Counted from the stretch's first letter, positions 9,526 to 20,171 are shown. The stretch: 64,000 bases of DNA from an uncultured SAR86 cluster bacterium (GCA_902561325.1 CACEOL010000004.1:8349-72348); one strand, 5' to 3'. The notes: generated by a model from the sequence alone, not told the origin. Translations and numbers: made by a program.

Positions 9526-10186
9526 ATTAAGTTTTATAGATTTATTTTTTGGAGCAAGCTTAGTTGTTCAATTAGTAATGATTATTTTGTTTGTTCTGGC
9601 TGGAACTTCTTGGTGGTTTATTTTCGATAAATGGTTAACCTTGAGTAGAGCGAGAAAGGATATCTATCAATTTGAAACTAAGTTTTGGAACTCTAAAAAT
9701 ATTGAAAAAATTTTTAATGAGCTCAATCGCAAAGAAGATAATTTTGGACTATCTCAAATCTTTGTTATCTCCCATGAGGAATTTTTAAAGACAGAAAATT
9801 TTGCTAAGGCTGAAGAGCGTATCAATAAGTCCACAGAAATAATAATTAATAGGCAAGAAGAAAGATTGGAAGAAGGCTTGTCTTTTTTATCCACTGTAGC
9901 ATCTGTAAGCCCTTTTATAGGTCTATTTGGTACAGTCTGGGGAGTTATGAATGCTTTTAGTGGTTTAGCACAACTTTCTCAAGTATCAATAAACGCTGTC
10001 GCTCCTGGAATATCTGAAGCCTTAGTGGCAACTGCCTTGGGCCTTTTCGCTGCTATACCCGCTCTTATTTCTTATAATTGGAGCGTTAAGACAATTGATA
10101 TAATTATTAAGAGTTACGAAAATTTTACATCTGAACTTTTAATAACTTACCAAGAATTCAATGTCCAAGAGAAGAGTAAAAAGTAG
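9515..10186 (+). CDS. tolQ: TolQ
   Basis: SPFIGLFGTVWGVM and VAPGISEALVATALGLFAAIPA. Confidence 0.95.
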   Translation: MQAELSFIDLFFGASLVVQLVMIILFVLAGTSWWFIFDKWLTLSRARKDIYQFETKFWNSKNIEKIFNELNRKEDNFGLSQIFVISHEEFLKTENFAKAEERINKSTEIIINRQEERLEEGLSFLSTVASVSPFIGLFGTVWGVMNAFSGLAQLSQVSINAVAPGISEALVATALGLFAAIPALISYNWSVKTIDIIIKSYENFTSELLITYQEFNVQEKSKK

Positions 10187-10592
10187 AAAACTTTTAACAG
10201 AAATTAACGTAATTCCATATGTGGATGTTTCATTAGTTTTACTGGTTATTTTCATGGTAGCTACACCATTCATGATCCAAGGAATAGATTTGGATTTGCC
10301 TAAAACTGAAGCTCAAGCTCTTAATAAATCAAAAGAGGATAATTTAACTATCTCAATTAGCAAAGAGGGCTTTTATTCTCTAGATATTGGTGAAAAAAAT
10401 AAGGTCTATAAAAGCTTTAAATCATTTGAAGAACAATTTAAAAAAATATTAATAAATAATCCTAAAGTAGAGATATTTTTAAGAGCTGACAAAGAAACGC
10501 TTTATGACAATGTTGCTCAAACAATGTCTCTGATAAAAAAATTTAAAACAGACTCAATAAATCTTATTACTGAACCACTACAGAATGAATAG
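10161..10592 (+). CDS. tolR: TolR
   Basis: EINVIPYVDVSLVLLVIFMVATP; RADK..Y. Confidence 0.93.
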   Translation: MSKRRVKSRKLLTEINVIPYVDVSLVLLVIFMVATPFMIQGIDLDLPKTEAQALNKSKEDNLTISISKEGFYSLDIGEKNKVYKSFKSFEEQFKKILINNPKVEIFLRADKETLYDNVAQTMSLIKKFKTDSINLITEPLQNE

Positions 10593-11205
10593 GGTTATAA
10601 CTAGCTTTAATACTTTTTTTTTGATTGTATTATTTTTATCTCTTATTTTTTCAATATTTTCCCTTCCAAAACTTAATATAGATGAGGAGCAATCAATTAG
10701 AGTAAATTTTTACGAATTGATTCAGGATGATAATCAATTATTCAATTCATCTATTCCCGATATAGGAATAAAAAAAGAGACAAAAAACCTCTCTTCAAAT
10801 AACAAAGAGCAAAAGGTTGTTGAAACAGCAATTATTTCAAAATTCAAAATTAATAAAATAGATATTAAAAATGAAATTAGTAAAATAAAGCTTTCTAAGG
10901 AAAGAGAAGATATTTTAAGAGTCTCGGCTATTATTCAAGAAAGGATTTCCTCAGTTTGGATTAAGCCAAATTCTTTAAGTGAATCTTTAATTGCGAAAGT
11001 ATTAATAAATCTTGCTCCTTCTGGAGAAATATTAGACTTTGATTTAATTGAACCAAGTTCGAATAATTTTTTTAATGAATCGATTTTAACTGCAATGAAT
11101 AAAATGACTTTCTTTGAAGAAGTTTTGTCTCTTGATAGAAAGCTATTTGAGAAAAATTTTAGAAATTTTAATTTGGTTTTTAAATCATCCGGAGAGATAG
11201 AGTGA
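10585..11205 (+). CDS. tolA: short TolA / TonB C-terminal domain protein
   Basis: N-terminal TM helix; C-terminal I...W..P...I.LAPSGEI...SSN..F..S; lies between tolR and tolB. Confidence 0.75.
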   Translation: MNRVITSFNTFFLIVLFLSLIFSIFSLPKLNIDEEQSIRVNFYELIQDDNQLFNSSIPDIGIKKETKNLSSNNKEQKVVETAIISKFKINKIDIKNEISKIKLSKEREDILRVSAIIQERISSVWIKPNSLSESLIAKVLINLAPSGEILDFDLIEPSSNNFFNESILTAMNKMTFFEEVLSLDRKLFEKNFRNFNLVFKSSGEIE

Positions 11206-12485
11206 TTAGATTTTTTTTACTATCTATCATGTTAGTTTCTAATAGTATTTTTTCTATTTTAGAAATAGAGATTTTAAAGGGAAGTGATAACTTATCGAAA
11301 ATTGCTTTTGTTCCTTTTGGTATTGAAGATGGAGTTGAAGAAGATTATGGCGAGCAAATATCTCAAAACATTGAAAAAAATATGCTTTTGTTTGGCGAAT
11401 TTGAAAATTTAGATAAAAATGAAATGCTTTCTTATCCTTCTTCAGAAGATGATTTTTTTTATAGAGACTGGAAAGTATTAGGAGTAGATTATTCTGTAAT
11501 TGGAAGAGTAAATTCAGTAAATGCCTTGGGCAATCTAAATATTTCATATTCTTTATTCAACATAAACAGAAGAATAAAAATATTAGAAGGTGAAATTGTT
11601 GGAGGAGAAGACAATATCGAGGATATTTCAAAAATTATTAGCAATAGAATCTATGAGCAAATTACTGGTTTAAGAGGAATATTTGATACCAAACTAGCAT
11701 ACGTCATTAACTCTGATGTTGATACATATCAAATCTGTATCTCAGATATTGATGGCAAAAACGAACAAATTCTTTTTACTTCTAAATCTCCAATAATGTC
11801 TCCAGATTGGTCGCCAGATAGAAAAAAAATCGCCTACGTATCTTTTGAAAATGGGTTAGCTGAAATTTTTATTCAAGACTTAAAATCTGGAGATAGAGAT
11901 TCCATTCAGGCTCTAGGAATGACAAATAGCGCTCCTGTCTGGTCTCCTGATGGAAAGAGCCTAGCTTTGGTTGTTTCTTTTTCAGGAAATCCAGATATTT
12001 TCTTATATTCCATCAGCAACAAAAGACTTATAAGGCTCACAAATCACTATGGAATTGATACCGAACCATCTTGGTCTCCTGATTCAAAAAAAATTATTTT
12101 TACTTCCGATAGGTCAGGTTCCCCGCAGTTATACGAAATTAATACAAAATCTAAAAGAAAAAAAAGACTAACTAGGGATGGAAATTATAATGCAAGAGGA
12201 AGATATTTTCCTGATGGAAAATCTATATTCTTTGTTCATGGAAATGACGGAAATTTTCAAATTGCAATAAAAAAACTTTCTAGCAGATACATAGAAACTT
12301 TAACATCTACTTCGTTGGATGAATCACCCACTATTTCACCAAATGGGAATATTATCATCTATGCAACAAAAGACGGATCTAATGGCTATTTAGGAGGGAT
12401 TACATTAGACGGAAAAGCTAGGTTTTCACTGCCAGTTAAAAACGGATCTGTAAGAGAGCCAGCTTGGTCACCTTTAATAAATTAA
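11202..12485 (+). CDS. tolB: TolB beta-propeller protein
   Basis: Repeated P.WSPD motifs, AYVSFE, IDTEPSW, REPAWSP. Confidence 0.96.
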   Translation: MIRFFLLSIMLVSNSIFSILEIEILKGSDNLSKIAFVPFGIEDGVEEDYGEQISQNIEKNMLLFGEFENLDKNEMLSYPSSEDDFFYRDWKVLGVDYSVIGRVNSVNALGNLNISYSLFNINRRIKILEGEIVGGEDNIEDISKIISNRIYEQITGLRGIFDTKLAYVINSDVDTYQICISDIDGKNEQILFTSKSPIMSPDWSPDRKKIAYVSFENGLAEIFIQDLKSGDRDSIQALGMTNSAPVWSPDGKSLALVVSFSGNPDIFLYSISNKRLIRLTNHYGIDTEPSWSPDSKKIIFTSDRSGSPQLYEINTKSKRKKRLTRDGNYNARGRYFPDGKSIFFVHGNDGNFQIAIKKLSSRYIETLTSTSLDESPTISPNGNIIIYATKDGSNGYLGGITLDGKARFSLPVKNGSVREPAWSPLIN

Positions 12486-12554
12486 ACAAACTTAATATAA
12501 AATTTCTTGTCTAATAGAAAAGTATTATAATCATCCTTCAAGAAGGAGCTTTTT

Positions 12555-13034
12555 ATGAGGAGACTATTTATGGAACCAATTGGAATATTTATTTTAGCTA
12601 TGCTTTGCCAAGTATATTCTTGTGCTTCAAACGTGTCAGATTCAGTTGAAAGAATTCAATATGCCTCCGTAGCTGGAGAGGAATATCTTCAAGGAGATAA
12701 GCTTGATACCAATTTAGACGATAAAGTCTATTTTGATTTTGATAAATCTACCTTAGATGCTGAAGATAAAAATCTTCTTGAGCAATATTTACCTGCAATA
12801 AAAAAAGCAAAAATAGTTCGTCTAGAAGGTCATTGTGATGAAAGGGGAACTAGAGAATACAATTTAGCTCTTGGAGAAAGAAGAGCACTTGAAGTAAGAG
12901 ATTTTCTTGTAGTTAAGGGAGTCTCTGGAAAGAAAATTAGGGTGGTAAGTTTTGGCGAGGAAAAGCCACTTAAAAGCGCATCAAATGAAAAAGCTTGGGC
13001 TGAAAATAGAAGGGTAGAAATCTCCCTTTATTAG
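12555..13034 (+). CDS. pal: peptidoglycan-associated lipoprotein
   Basis: VYFDFDK, EGHCDERGTREYNLALGERRA, SFGEEKP, NRRVE; AAGGAG RBS upstream. Confidence 0.94.
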   Translation: MRRLFMEPIGIFILAMLCQVYSCASNVSDSVERIQYASVAGEEYLQGDKLDTNLDDKVYFDFDKSTLDAEDKNLLEQYLPAIKKAKIVRLEGHCDERGTREYNLALGERRALEVRDFLVVKGVSGKKIRVVSFGEEKPLKSASNEKAWAENRRVEISLY

Positions 13035-13035
13035 A

Positions 13036-13737
13036 TTGAATATTCTAAAAAACTTTTTTTTTCTTATTTTCTTAGGATTTTCTAATTTTGCGATTTTGCA
13101 AAATGAAGAATCCGCAGAACTTCTTCTTGAAAAGATAAATCTTTTGAAGAAAGAAATAGAATCTCTTACTGCCTCTATAGAAACGAATAACCTAACTATT
13201 TCCAGGCTAGAAGAGGCCAACCAAATTAGATATGTTGACTTAGACAAAAGAATTCATCTTTTGGAAACAAAATTATTATTTGAAGAAACTCGAGATGAAG
13301 AATCTTTAGATCAATCTCTGAACCCTTTATCAGGTCTTGTAGATGAAGATATTGACTCAGGAGAATTTAGCCTTTGGTCAAATTCTATGAAGTTGCTTGA
13401 TAATTCTAGATATTCTGAAGCATCAGAAAACTTAAGACTCCTTATACTTTCTTATCCTAATGGAACTTATATAGGCGATGCTTATTTTTGGCTGGGTGAA
13501 ATATATTTGGTTCAAGAAATGTTTGAGGATTCATCAGAAATTCTTAATGCCTTTGTAACTAAGTTCGATAATCATCCAAGAAAGGCGGATGGTTTATACA
13601 AACTTGCCCTTGCTAAGATTAATCTTGGAGAATTAAGCTCTGCCGAAACTCATTTACAAGAAGTTATAAGTAATTATCCAAATTCTGGTGCAGCTTTACT
13701 TGCAGAACAAGATTTAATTAAATTAAATTCTCAATAG
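13036..13737 (+). CDS. cpoB: CpoB/YbgF TPR protein
   Basis: Coiled-coil N-terminus with RYVDLDKRI, TPR with AYFWLGE, YPNSGAA; follows pal. Confidence 0.88.
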   Translation: MNILKNFFFLIFLGFSNFAILQNEESAELLLEKINLLKKEIESLTASIETNNLTISRLEEANQIRYVDLDKRIHLLETKLLFEETRDEESLDQSLNPLSGLVDEDIDSGEFSLWSNSMKLLDNSRYSEASENLRLLILSYPNGTYIGDAYFWLGEIYLVQEMFEDSSEILNAFVTKFDNHPRKADGLYKLALAKINLGELSSAETHLQEVISNYPNSGAALLAEQDLIKLNSQ

Positions 13738-13757
13738 GGGTATAATCCTCTCTTTTT

Positions 13758-13833
13758 GGGTCGTTAGCTCAGTTGGTAGAGCAGTTGGCTTTTAATCAAT
13801 TGGTCATAGGTTCGAATCCTATACGACCCACCA
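13758..13833 (+). tRNA. tRNA-Lys(UUU)
   Basis: 76 nt GGGTCGTTAGCTCAGTTGGTAGAGCAGTTGG-CTTTTAA-TCAAT...GGTTCGAATCC...CGACCCACCA; encoded CCA; TATAAT at 13741-13746. Confidence 0.98.
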
Positions 13834-13839
13834 AAATCA

Positions 13840-14196
13840 ATGTTTTATCTTTTAATTGGAATTGGAGCTTTTGCAGGTGCTATATCTAGACATCTATTAA
13901 GCTCATTTTTCATAAAAGCATCCCTTTATAATTTTCCATTGGGTACCCTAGTTGTAAACTTAATTGGATGTTATTTAATTGGAGTATTTATTTCAATAAA
14001 TCTTAATCACAAAGAGTTATTAACACCACTTTTGATAATTGGCTTTTTAGGTTCTTTCACAACTTTTTCAGCATTTACTAAAGAAATTTTGATTTATGCT
14101 AATACCAATGGAATTATTTTTGCATATTTAGTAGCTTTGATAATTTCATCTACTTGTGTATTCTCTACTTTTGTAGGGTATAAAATGTTTTCGTAA
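13840..14196 (+). CDS. crcB: fluoride efflux channel Fluc/CrcB
   Basis: GAFAGAISR, FPLGTLVVN.IGC, GFLGSFTTFSAF. Confidence 0.93.
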   Translation: MFYLLIGIGAFAGAISRHLLSSFFIKASLYNFPLGTLVVNLIGCYLIGVFISINLNHKELLTPLLIIGFLGSFTTFSAFTKEILIYANTNGIIFAYLVALIISSTCVFSTFVGYKMFS

Positions 14197-14197
14197 T

Positions 14198-14542
14198 ATG
14201 GCTAAAACTGTTTTTGAAAAAATTATTGATAGGGAATTACCTTCAAAAATTTTATTTGAAGACGAAAAGTGTATCGTAATTGAAGACATAGCTCCTAAGG
14301 CGCCAGTTCATGTTCTTGTAATTCCAAAAAAACCAATAAAAATGCTGTCTAAAGCAACAGCTGATGATCAAGAGCTTCTTGGCCATCTTATGATGATAGC
14401 TAAACAGATTTCTGAAAAACTTAATGTTCAAGATGCTTTTAATATAGTTATAAATAATGGAGCAGAGGCAGGGCAAACAGTCTTCCACCTTCATATACAT
14501 CTCCTAGCAGGAAGAGATTTTTCAGATTTATTTCCTACTTAA
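14198..14542 (+). CDS. hinT: histidine triad nucleotide-binding protein
   Basis: DIAPKAPVHVLVIPK and GQTVFHLHIHLL. Confidence 0.93.
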   Translation: MAKTVFEKIIDRELPSKILFEDEKCIVIEDIAPKAPVHVLVIPKKPIKMLSKATADDQELLGHLMMIAKQISEKLNVQDAFNIVINNGAEAGQTVFHLHIHLLAGRDFSDLFPT

Positions 14543-16005
14543 GAAAGCTCGGTCAAAGCTCTTTTTTTAGCAAAAATTTCTTCCAATCTTCTAATTATAC
14601 TTTCTCTGATTTCAAATAGATTATTTGACAAGGCTAAAGCCTCTTTTAATTGATATACAGCAGCATCGTGCCTTCCAGTGAGAATAAAATATTCAGCTCT
14701 TGACCTGTGTAATTCTAAAATATTTCCTGATAATCCTTGCGCTTCAGCAAGCTTATACCAAACATTTGGATCCGTTTGGCGTTTCTTAGATAACTCTTTT
14801 AAGATTTTTTCAGCCTTATCTGAATTGTTATTTTTTATGTATGCTTCAGCTAATAAAATAGAGGTAGAATAATTTGAATCATGAATTTCTAATATATTCT
14901 TCCCTAAAGATATTGATTCGTAAAAATTTCCAGCAGCTAAATGAAGTTCCATTAGACTAGTTTCTAAAACAAGATTATTTTGATTTTCTTTAATTAATGA
15001 TCTAAGTAATTCAAATGCCTTTTCAAACTTTTTATCACTTTTATATGCTAAAGCAAGTCCATACTTGCTTGAACTTGAGATATTTTTATTTTTAGATTTA
15101 ATTTCTTTTTTGTATTTCCTGAGCAATTTATTAGTATCTTTTTCAGCCCACAGCTCGACTCTTTTTTGCATTAGATAAAAATCTATATTGTCTCTGTATG
15201 AATTCCTAGATGACTTAGGCAGGTTTTCAGCTCTTATTCTCATATCAGTTAATCTTTCACTGGGAAGGGGATGTGTCATTAAATAAGAGAATTCTTCAGA
15301 GTCTTCATTTTGGTATTTATCTTGCATCCTTTGGAACATAGCTGACATATCGTTTGGATCAAAACCAGCTTTCACAAGGTTATTAAATCCTATACGATCA
15401 GCTTCTTTTTCATTGCTTCGGGTAAAGTTTATAGACATTTGTTGCATTGCTGCAGGAGCTATCATGAGAGCCTCTGGATTTCTTGAAGCTGCTGCAACAG
15501 CTATACTCCCGAGTACCATTAGGGCATTCGCCAAAGGGGATGATCTATTTTGCGATCTAGCATAGTGTCTCTGACTGAGGTGTGCTAATTCATGGCACAT
15601 TACAGAAGCTAATTCACCTTCCTTTTTAGTATTCAAAAACATTCCAAGATTTATACCGATTATTCCCCCGGGAGCTGCAAAAGCATTTATAGATTTGTCT
15701 TGAAGCACAATAAATTCAAAACGCCTATCTTGAACCTCACTATTTTCGGAAAGTCTGTACAAAAGGTCTTCTAGATAAGTTCTTATCATTGGATCATCAT
15801 GTTCTTTTATAGAAGATCTATACATTGCTAGCCATAGCCTACCTAAATCATATTCTCCGGATAATGAAACAGAAGCCGAAGAGTAATCGCCTAAAACAGG
15901 AAGATTATCTTGATCATCTGTTAAAGAGATTAATAATGATGAAATTGATATAATTAAAATGTAAAAGAGCTTATTCTTCATTTTGAAAGCACAATAAATA
16001 TTCAT
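14539..16005 (-). CDS. bepA: M48 metalloprotease/chaperone BepA (start may be ATG 15981)
   Basis: INAFAAPGG, HELAH zinc motif, E.EADRIG, THPL, C-terminal TPRs. Confidence 0.92.
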   Translation of the reverse strand: MNIYCAFKMKNKLFYILIISISSLLISLTDDQDNLPVLGDYSSASVSLSGEYDLGRLWLAMYRSSIKEHDDPMIRTYLEDLLYRLSENSEVQDRRFEFIVLQDKSINAFAAPGGIIGINLGMFLNTKKEGELASVMCHELAHLSQRHYARSQNRSSPLANALMVLGSIAVAAASRNPEALMIAPAAMQQMSINFTRSNEKEADRIGFNNLVKAGFDPNDMSAMFQRMQDKYQNEDSEEFSYLMTHPLPSERLTDMRIRAENLPKSSRNSYRDNIDFYLMQKRVELWAEKDTNKLLRKYKKEIKSKNKNISSSSKYGLALAYKSDKKFEKAFELLRSLIKENQNNLVLETSLMELHLAAGNFYESISLGKNILEIHDSNYSTSILLAEAYIKNNNSDKAEKILKELSKKRQTDPNVWYKLAEAQGLSGNILELHRSRAEYFILTGRHDAAVYQLKEALALSNNLFEIRESIIRRLEEIFAKKRALTELS

Positions 16006-16016
16006 ATTATCAACAA

Positions 16017-17081
16017 ATGATTAACTTTTTAAAAAACTTTTTTCAGAACTATTTTTATGACGATGAGCACTACGCAGCTTTATTTTTCTTATTCATTGGA
16101 CTAATAATTCTATATTTTTTAGGAGGAATTTTAGCTCCAATTTTAATTAGTATTTTAATAGCATATATTTTAAATGGCTTGAAGGTTTTCTTAGAAGAAA
16201 AAGGAAGTAACAAGACTTTAGCCCTCACAATTACTTTATTCATTTTCGGCCTCTTTTATTTGTCCATATTTGTATTTTTTCCTTTCCTATCAAGACAAAT
16301 TCTTTTATTAGTTTCAGAGATTCCTCAAATTTTTGAGACAGTAAATATCTTTCTTTCTTCTCAGTTAAATGAATATGCAGATTCTTTTTCGTCAAATCAA
16401 ATTGATGAAGCCTTTGCAAATGCGCTTTCTTATATGCCTACAATTCTTCAGAATGCTTTATTACAACTAAATGCAGGGTTCTCTACTATGATGAATGCTT
16501 TGCTGTATTTAATTATTATTCCTTTTTTAGTTTTTTTCTTATTAAAGGATAAAGATATTTTTCTAAATTACTTAAAATTTGTATTACCTAAAAAAAGAGA
16601 CTTATTATCTAAGATTTGGTTTGATCTTAACCAACAGCTTTATGGTTATTTGAAAGGAAAAAGTCTAGAAATGCTTATAGTAGCTCTAGTAACTGGTCTT
16701 ATTTTTTACCTTCAGGGGGTAAACTATTCCATAATATTAGGCATTCTAGTAGGTTTATCGGTATTAATACCTTATGTAGGAGCAATTCTAGTTACCATTC
16801 CAGTAATTTTGATTGGTCTTTTTCAATGGGGCTTAGATTCAAATTTTTATATCTATTTATTTAGCTATCTTTTAATTCAGGCTTTAGATGGAAATGTTTT
16901 AATGCCTCTTTTGTTGGGTCGAGAGGTTAAACTTCATCCAGTTTTAATAATAACTGCTGTATTAATTTTTGGAGGAATTTGGGGTTTTTGGGGCCTCTTG
17001 TTTGCAATTCCAATAGCAACTTTTTTAAGAGCAATTCTTATTGCATGGCCAACTAAAGATAAGTCAGAAATTAGTATTTAA
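16017..17081 (+). CDS. perM: AI-2E family permease (PerM-like)
   Basis: Multi-pass TM, IPYVGA, IQALDGNVL.P, LHP, FGGIWGFWG; divergent from bepA. Confidence 0.85.
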   Translation: MINFLKNFFQNYFYDDEHYAALFFLFIGLIILYFLGGILAPILISILIAYILNGLKVFLEEKGSNKTLALTITLFIFGLFYLSIFVFFPFLSRQILLLVSEIPQIFETVNIFLSSQLNEYADSFSSNQIDEAFANALSYMPTILQNALLQLNAGFSTMMNALLYLIIIPFLVFFLLKDKDIFLNYLKFVLPKKRDLLSKIWFDLNQQLYGYLKGKSLEMLIVALVTGLIFYLQGVNYSIILGILVGLSVLIPYVGAILVTIPVILIGLFQWGLDSNFYIYLFSYLLIQALDGNVLMPLLLGREVKLHPVLIITAVLIFGGIWGFWGLLFAIPIATFLRAILIAWPTKDKSEISI

Positions 17082-17530
17082 ATTATAGAGTTAAGAACAT
17101 CTTCAGCATGTCCTTTTACTTTAACTTTTCTCCATTCCTGGATTAACTTCCCTTGTGAATCTATAAGGAAAGTACTCCTTTCAATACCCATGTATTTTTT
17201 TCCATACATGCTTTTCTCTTTAATGACATCAAATATTTTGCATATTTTTTCATCAGAATCAGATATTAACTCAAAAGGAAAATTGAATTTTTCTTTAAAG
17301 TTTGTATGAGATGTAATTGAGTCTTTTGATACTCCAAATATAACAGTATTTTTTTTTCGAAAAAATTTGTAGTTATCTCTAAAATCTTCTCCTTCAGATG
17401 TACATCCAGGGGTATTGTCTCTAGGGTAGAAATATATGACTACATTTTTACCCAGATAGTCGGATAAACTAAATTCTTTATTTCCTGTCATCTCAGCTTT
17501 GAAATTCTTAATTTTTGATCCAATTTTCAT
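17078..17530 (-). CDS. bcp: peroxiredoxin Bcp
   Basis: YFYPRDNTPGCT, GIERSTFLID. Confidence 0.93.
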   Translation of the reverse strand: MKIGSKIKNFKAEMTGNKEFSLSDYLGKNVVIYFYPRDNTPGCTSEGEDFRDNYKFFRKKNTVIFGVSKDSITSHTNFKEKFNFPFELISDSDEKICKIFDVIKEKSMYGKKYMGIERSTFLIDSQGKLIQEWRKVKVKGHAEDVLNSII

Positions 17531-17594
17531 TTTTTATTAAGATTATTTGAGTTATGGAGTAATATTAGCAATTAATTTTTCTTATAAGTAAAAA

Positions 17595-18485
17595 ATGTTT
17601 TTAAAAGGTGCCATTACTGCTCTAGTTACTCCAATGAAGGAAAACGGTGACCTAGATTTTGATTCTTTAGAAAATCTTATAAATTTTCAAATTGAATCTG
17701 GAGTTTCTGGAATTGTTGCAGTTGGTACCACTGGTGAATCAGCCACTATCGACTTTAAAGATCATATGAGGCTAATAGAATCATTTGTTAAAATCAGCAA
17801 TAAGAGAATTCCTATTATTGCTGGAACAGGAGCAAATTCAACAGAAGAAGCAATAACTCTAACTAAATCCGCTGAATCTAGTGGAGCAGACGCTGCTCTT
17901 TTAGTTTCTCCATATTACAATAAGCCTCCTCAAGAAGGAATTTATGAACATCATATGAAGATTGCTGACGAGGTAAATCTTCCTCAGATTTTATATAATG
18001 TTCCATCGCGAACAGCTAGTTTTATAGAATCAGAAACAGTTTCAAGATTAGCTAAGCACCAAAACATTATAGGCATTAAAGATGCCACTGGAGACATGGA
18101 AAACTTAGAAACTCTAAAAAATTTATGCAAAGAAGAAATTAAAACAAATAATTTCTCTCTTTTTTCCGGAGATGATTTTAGCTCTCTTGAGTTTATTGCC
18201 AATGGCGGAGATGGAACAATTTCTGTAAGTTCAAACATTGTCCCAAAAATTGTCTCAGATATTTGCGAATTAGTTAAAAAAGATTATAAGACTGCAAAGA
18301 ACCTTGACGATTCTCTTAAAGATTTAAATAAATATTTATTCATAGAATCTAATCCTATTCCAGTAAAATGGGCTCTTTTAAAAATGGGAATGATTAGAAG
18401 CGGAATAAGACTTCCTCTAGTAGAATTAAATGATAAATTTAAGAGGCCGTTAGAAGCTTGTTTGGCAGAGCTTAATCTAATTTAG
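17595..18485 (+). CDS. dapA: 4-hydroxy-tetrahydrodipicolinate synthase
   Basis: GTTGES, PYYNKP, LYNVPSRT, GIKDA, SNPIPVK. Confidence 0.96.
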   Translation: MFLKGAITALVTPMKENGDLDFDSLENLINFQIESGVSGIVAVGTTGESATIDFKDHMRLIESFVKISNKRIPIIAGTGANSTEEAITLTKSAESSGADAALLVSPYYNKPPQEGIYEHHMKIADEVNLPQILYNVPSRTASFIESETVSRLAKHQNIIGIKDATGDMENLETLKNLCKEEIKTNNFSLFSGDDFSSLEFIANGGDGTISVSSNIVPKIVSDICELVKKDYKTAKNLDDSLKDLNKYLFIESNPIPVKWALLKMGMIRSGIRLPLVELNDKFKRPLEACLAELNLI

Positions 18486-19451
18486 ATGAGAGTTTTAAAT
18501 CAAATTATTGTTCTTTTAATATTTGTGTCATGCGCAACTAACTTCATTAGCAAAGAAGAAATTAAAGAAGATAAAATCAAATTTAAGGAAGAAAACTCAT
18601 CAATTCTTAAATCTAAAGAAGTTCTAAAGGATTCTTCATTTATTGTTAATAGATACCCCATAAGCGGCGAAGTAGAAATCCTTCAGGAACAGACGAAAAC
18701 ACCAAGACCAAAAGAATTATTTTCTGCATCATCTGAAAACGAGATAAGACTGCATAAGCTGGGAGAAGTAAGATGGATTTATTTGGGTTTAGAACCTAGT
18801 TCAGTATGGCCTATGACAATAGAATTTCTTAAAAGTAATGAAATTTATAAACTGGGTGCTTATGATCCTTCAACAGGAGTTATTAATAGTAAAAACTTTA
18901 GATTCAATAATCAGGAAACTAAAATAGAATTTAAATTAGAAAGAGGCCTTCAACAGTCGAGTTCAGAAATATTTGTTACTCATTTGACTAATCAAAATGG
19001 AAACTGGGAAATTATTCCAAATGAAAAAAGTGATTTAAATAAAATTGTTAATGAACTCTACGATTTCTTATCTTCTTCAGCTCCATCCACGGGCACTTCT
19101 TTAGTTGCTTTAAATTTAAATGTAAGTAATAAGACTGAAGTTGTAACCAACCAGAATGGCTCTAAATTTATAAAGCTAAGAGTTAACTATGCTAGGGCTT
19201 GGGCAGCTACAAGAAGATCTCTTCAACTTGCTGGATATAAGATAATAGATGAAGATAGAAATACTGGAAAATTTTATTTAGAATATATTTTTAAAAGATC
19301 TATCCTCAGTAGAACGCCTTCATTATCCGAGGTTGAAGTTTTTGTAAAAGAAGTAAGTTCAGAAGAATGTATTATTTCAACAAACCTCAATGAAGATAAT
19401 TTAGATATATCTCAGGATATTATTTCTCAAATAAACCAAGCGCTATCTTAA
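18486..19451 (+). CDS. bamC: outer-membrane assembly lipoprotein BamC
   Basis: Lipobox FVSC; W....EF, ERGLQ, ARAW...DR..G..Y; dapA-bamC-purC synteny. Confidence 0.8.
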   Translation: MRVLNQIIVLLIFVSCATNFISKEEIKEDKIKFKEENSSILKSKEVLKDSSFIVNRYPISGEVEILQEQTKTPRPKELFSASSENEIRLHKLGEVRWIYLGLEPSSVWPMTIEFLKSNEIYKLGAYDPSTGVINSKNFRFNNQETKIEFKLERGLQQSSSEIFVTHLTNQNGNWEIIPNEKSDLNKIVNELYDFLSSSAPSTGTSLVALNLNVSNKTEVVTNQNGSKFIKLRVNYARAWAATRRSLQLAGYKIIDEDRNTGKFYLEYIFKRSILSRTPSLSEVEVFVKEVSSEECIISTNLNEDNLDISQDIISQINQALS

Positions 19452-19457
19452 AAAAAT

Positions 19458-20171
19458 ATGGAAAAAAAAGAACTTCTCACTAAAGGAAAAGCCAAAGAGC
19501 TTTACAAGACATCAGATGATTCAAAACTCGTAATGGACTTCACTGATGATACTTCGGCATTTGACGGAAAAAAAATAGAACAACTAGCTGGAAAGGGAAC
19601 AGTGAATAATAGATTCAATAACTTTATTATGAATCACTTGGATTCTAAAGGTGTGGCTTGTCATCTTTTGGAAGAACTTAATGATCGTGAAAGTTTAGTT
19701 TTATCTTTAGACATGTTTCCGATTGAATGTGTTGTAAGAAACTATGCTGCTGGAAGTATTTGTAAGCGACTTGGTTTAGAGGAAGGGATGAAATTCGAAA
19801 ATCCTATATTTGAATTCTTTTATAAGGATGATGACTTAGGAGATCCGATGATAAATGATAATCATATAATTTCTTTTGGATGGGCAGAATCAGATGACAT
19901 AGATATTCTTAAAAAACTAACTTTAGAAATTAATGACCATTTAGTAGACTTATTTCTTAAAGCAGATTTAATTCTAGTTGACTTCAAACTAGAGTTTGGA
20001 AAACACTCTGGAAAAATATACCTTGGCGATGAGTTTACTCCAGATGGATGCAGAGTTTGGGACAAGGAAACCAAAAAGAAACTAGATAAAGATAGATTTA
20101 GATTAGGTCTTGGAGATGTGGTTGAATCTTACCAAGAGATAGCTCATAGACTTGGCGTAAATTTAACTTAA
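19458..20171 (+). CDS. purC: SAICAR synthase
   Basis: GKAK, ECVVRNYAAGS, FFYKDD.LGDP, LVDFKLEFG, DEFTPDGCR.WD, LDKDRFR. Confidence 0.97.
   Translation: MEKKELLTKGKAKELYKTSDDSKLVMDFTDDTSAFDGKKIEQLAGKGTVNNRFNNFIMNHLDSKGVACHLLEELNDRESLVLSLDMFPIECVVRNYAAGSICKRLGLEEGMKFENPIFEFFYKDDDLGDPMINDNHIISFGWAESDDIDILKKLTLEINDHLVDLFLKADLILVDFKLEFGKHSGKIYLGDEFTPDGCRVWDKETKKKLDKDRFRLGLGDVVESYQEIAHRLGVNLT

Noticed and set aside
13758-14196. tRNA-Lys as an integration site; fluoride riboswitch before crcB
   Set aside because: No integrase or duplicated tRNA 3' end seen, and only 6 bp separate the tRNA from crcB.
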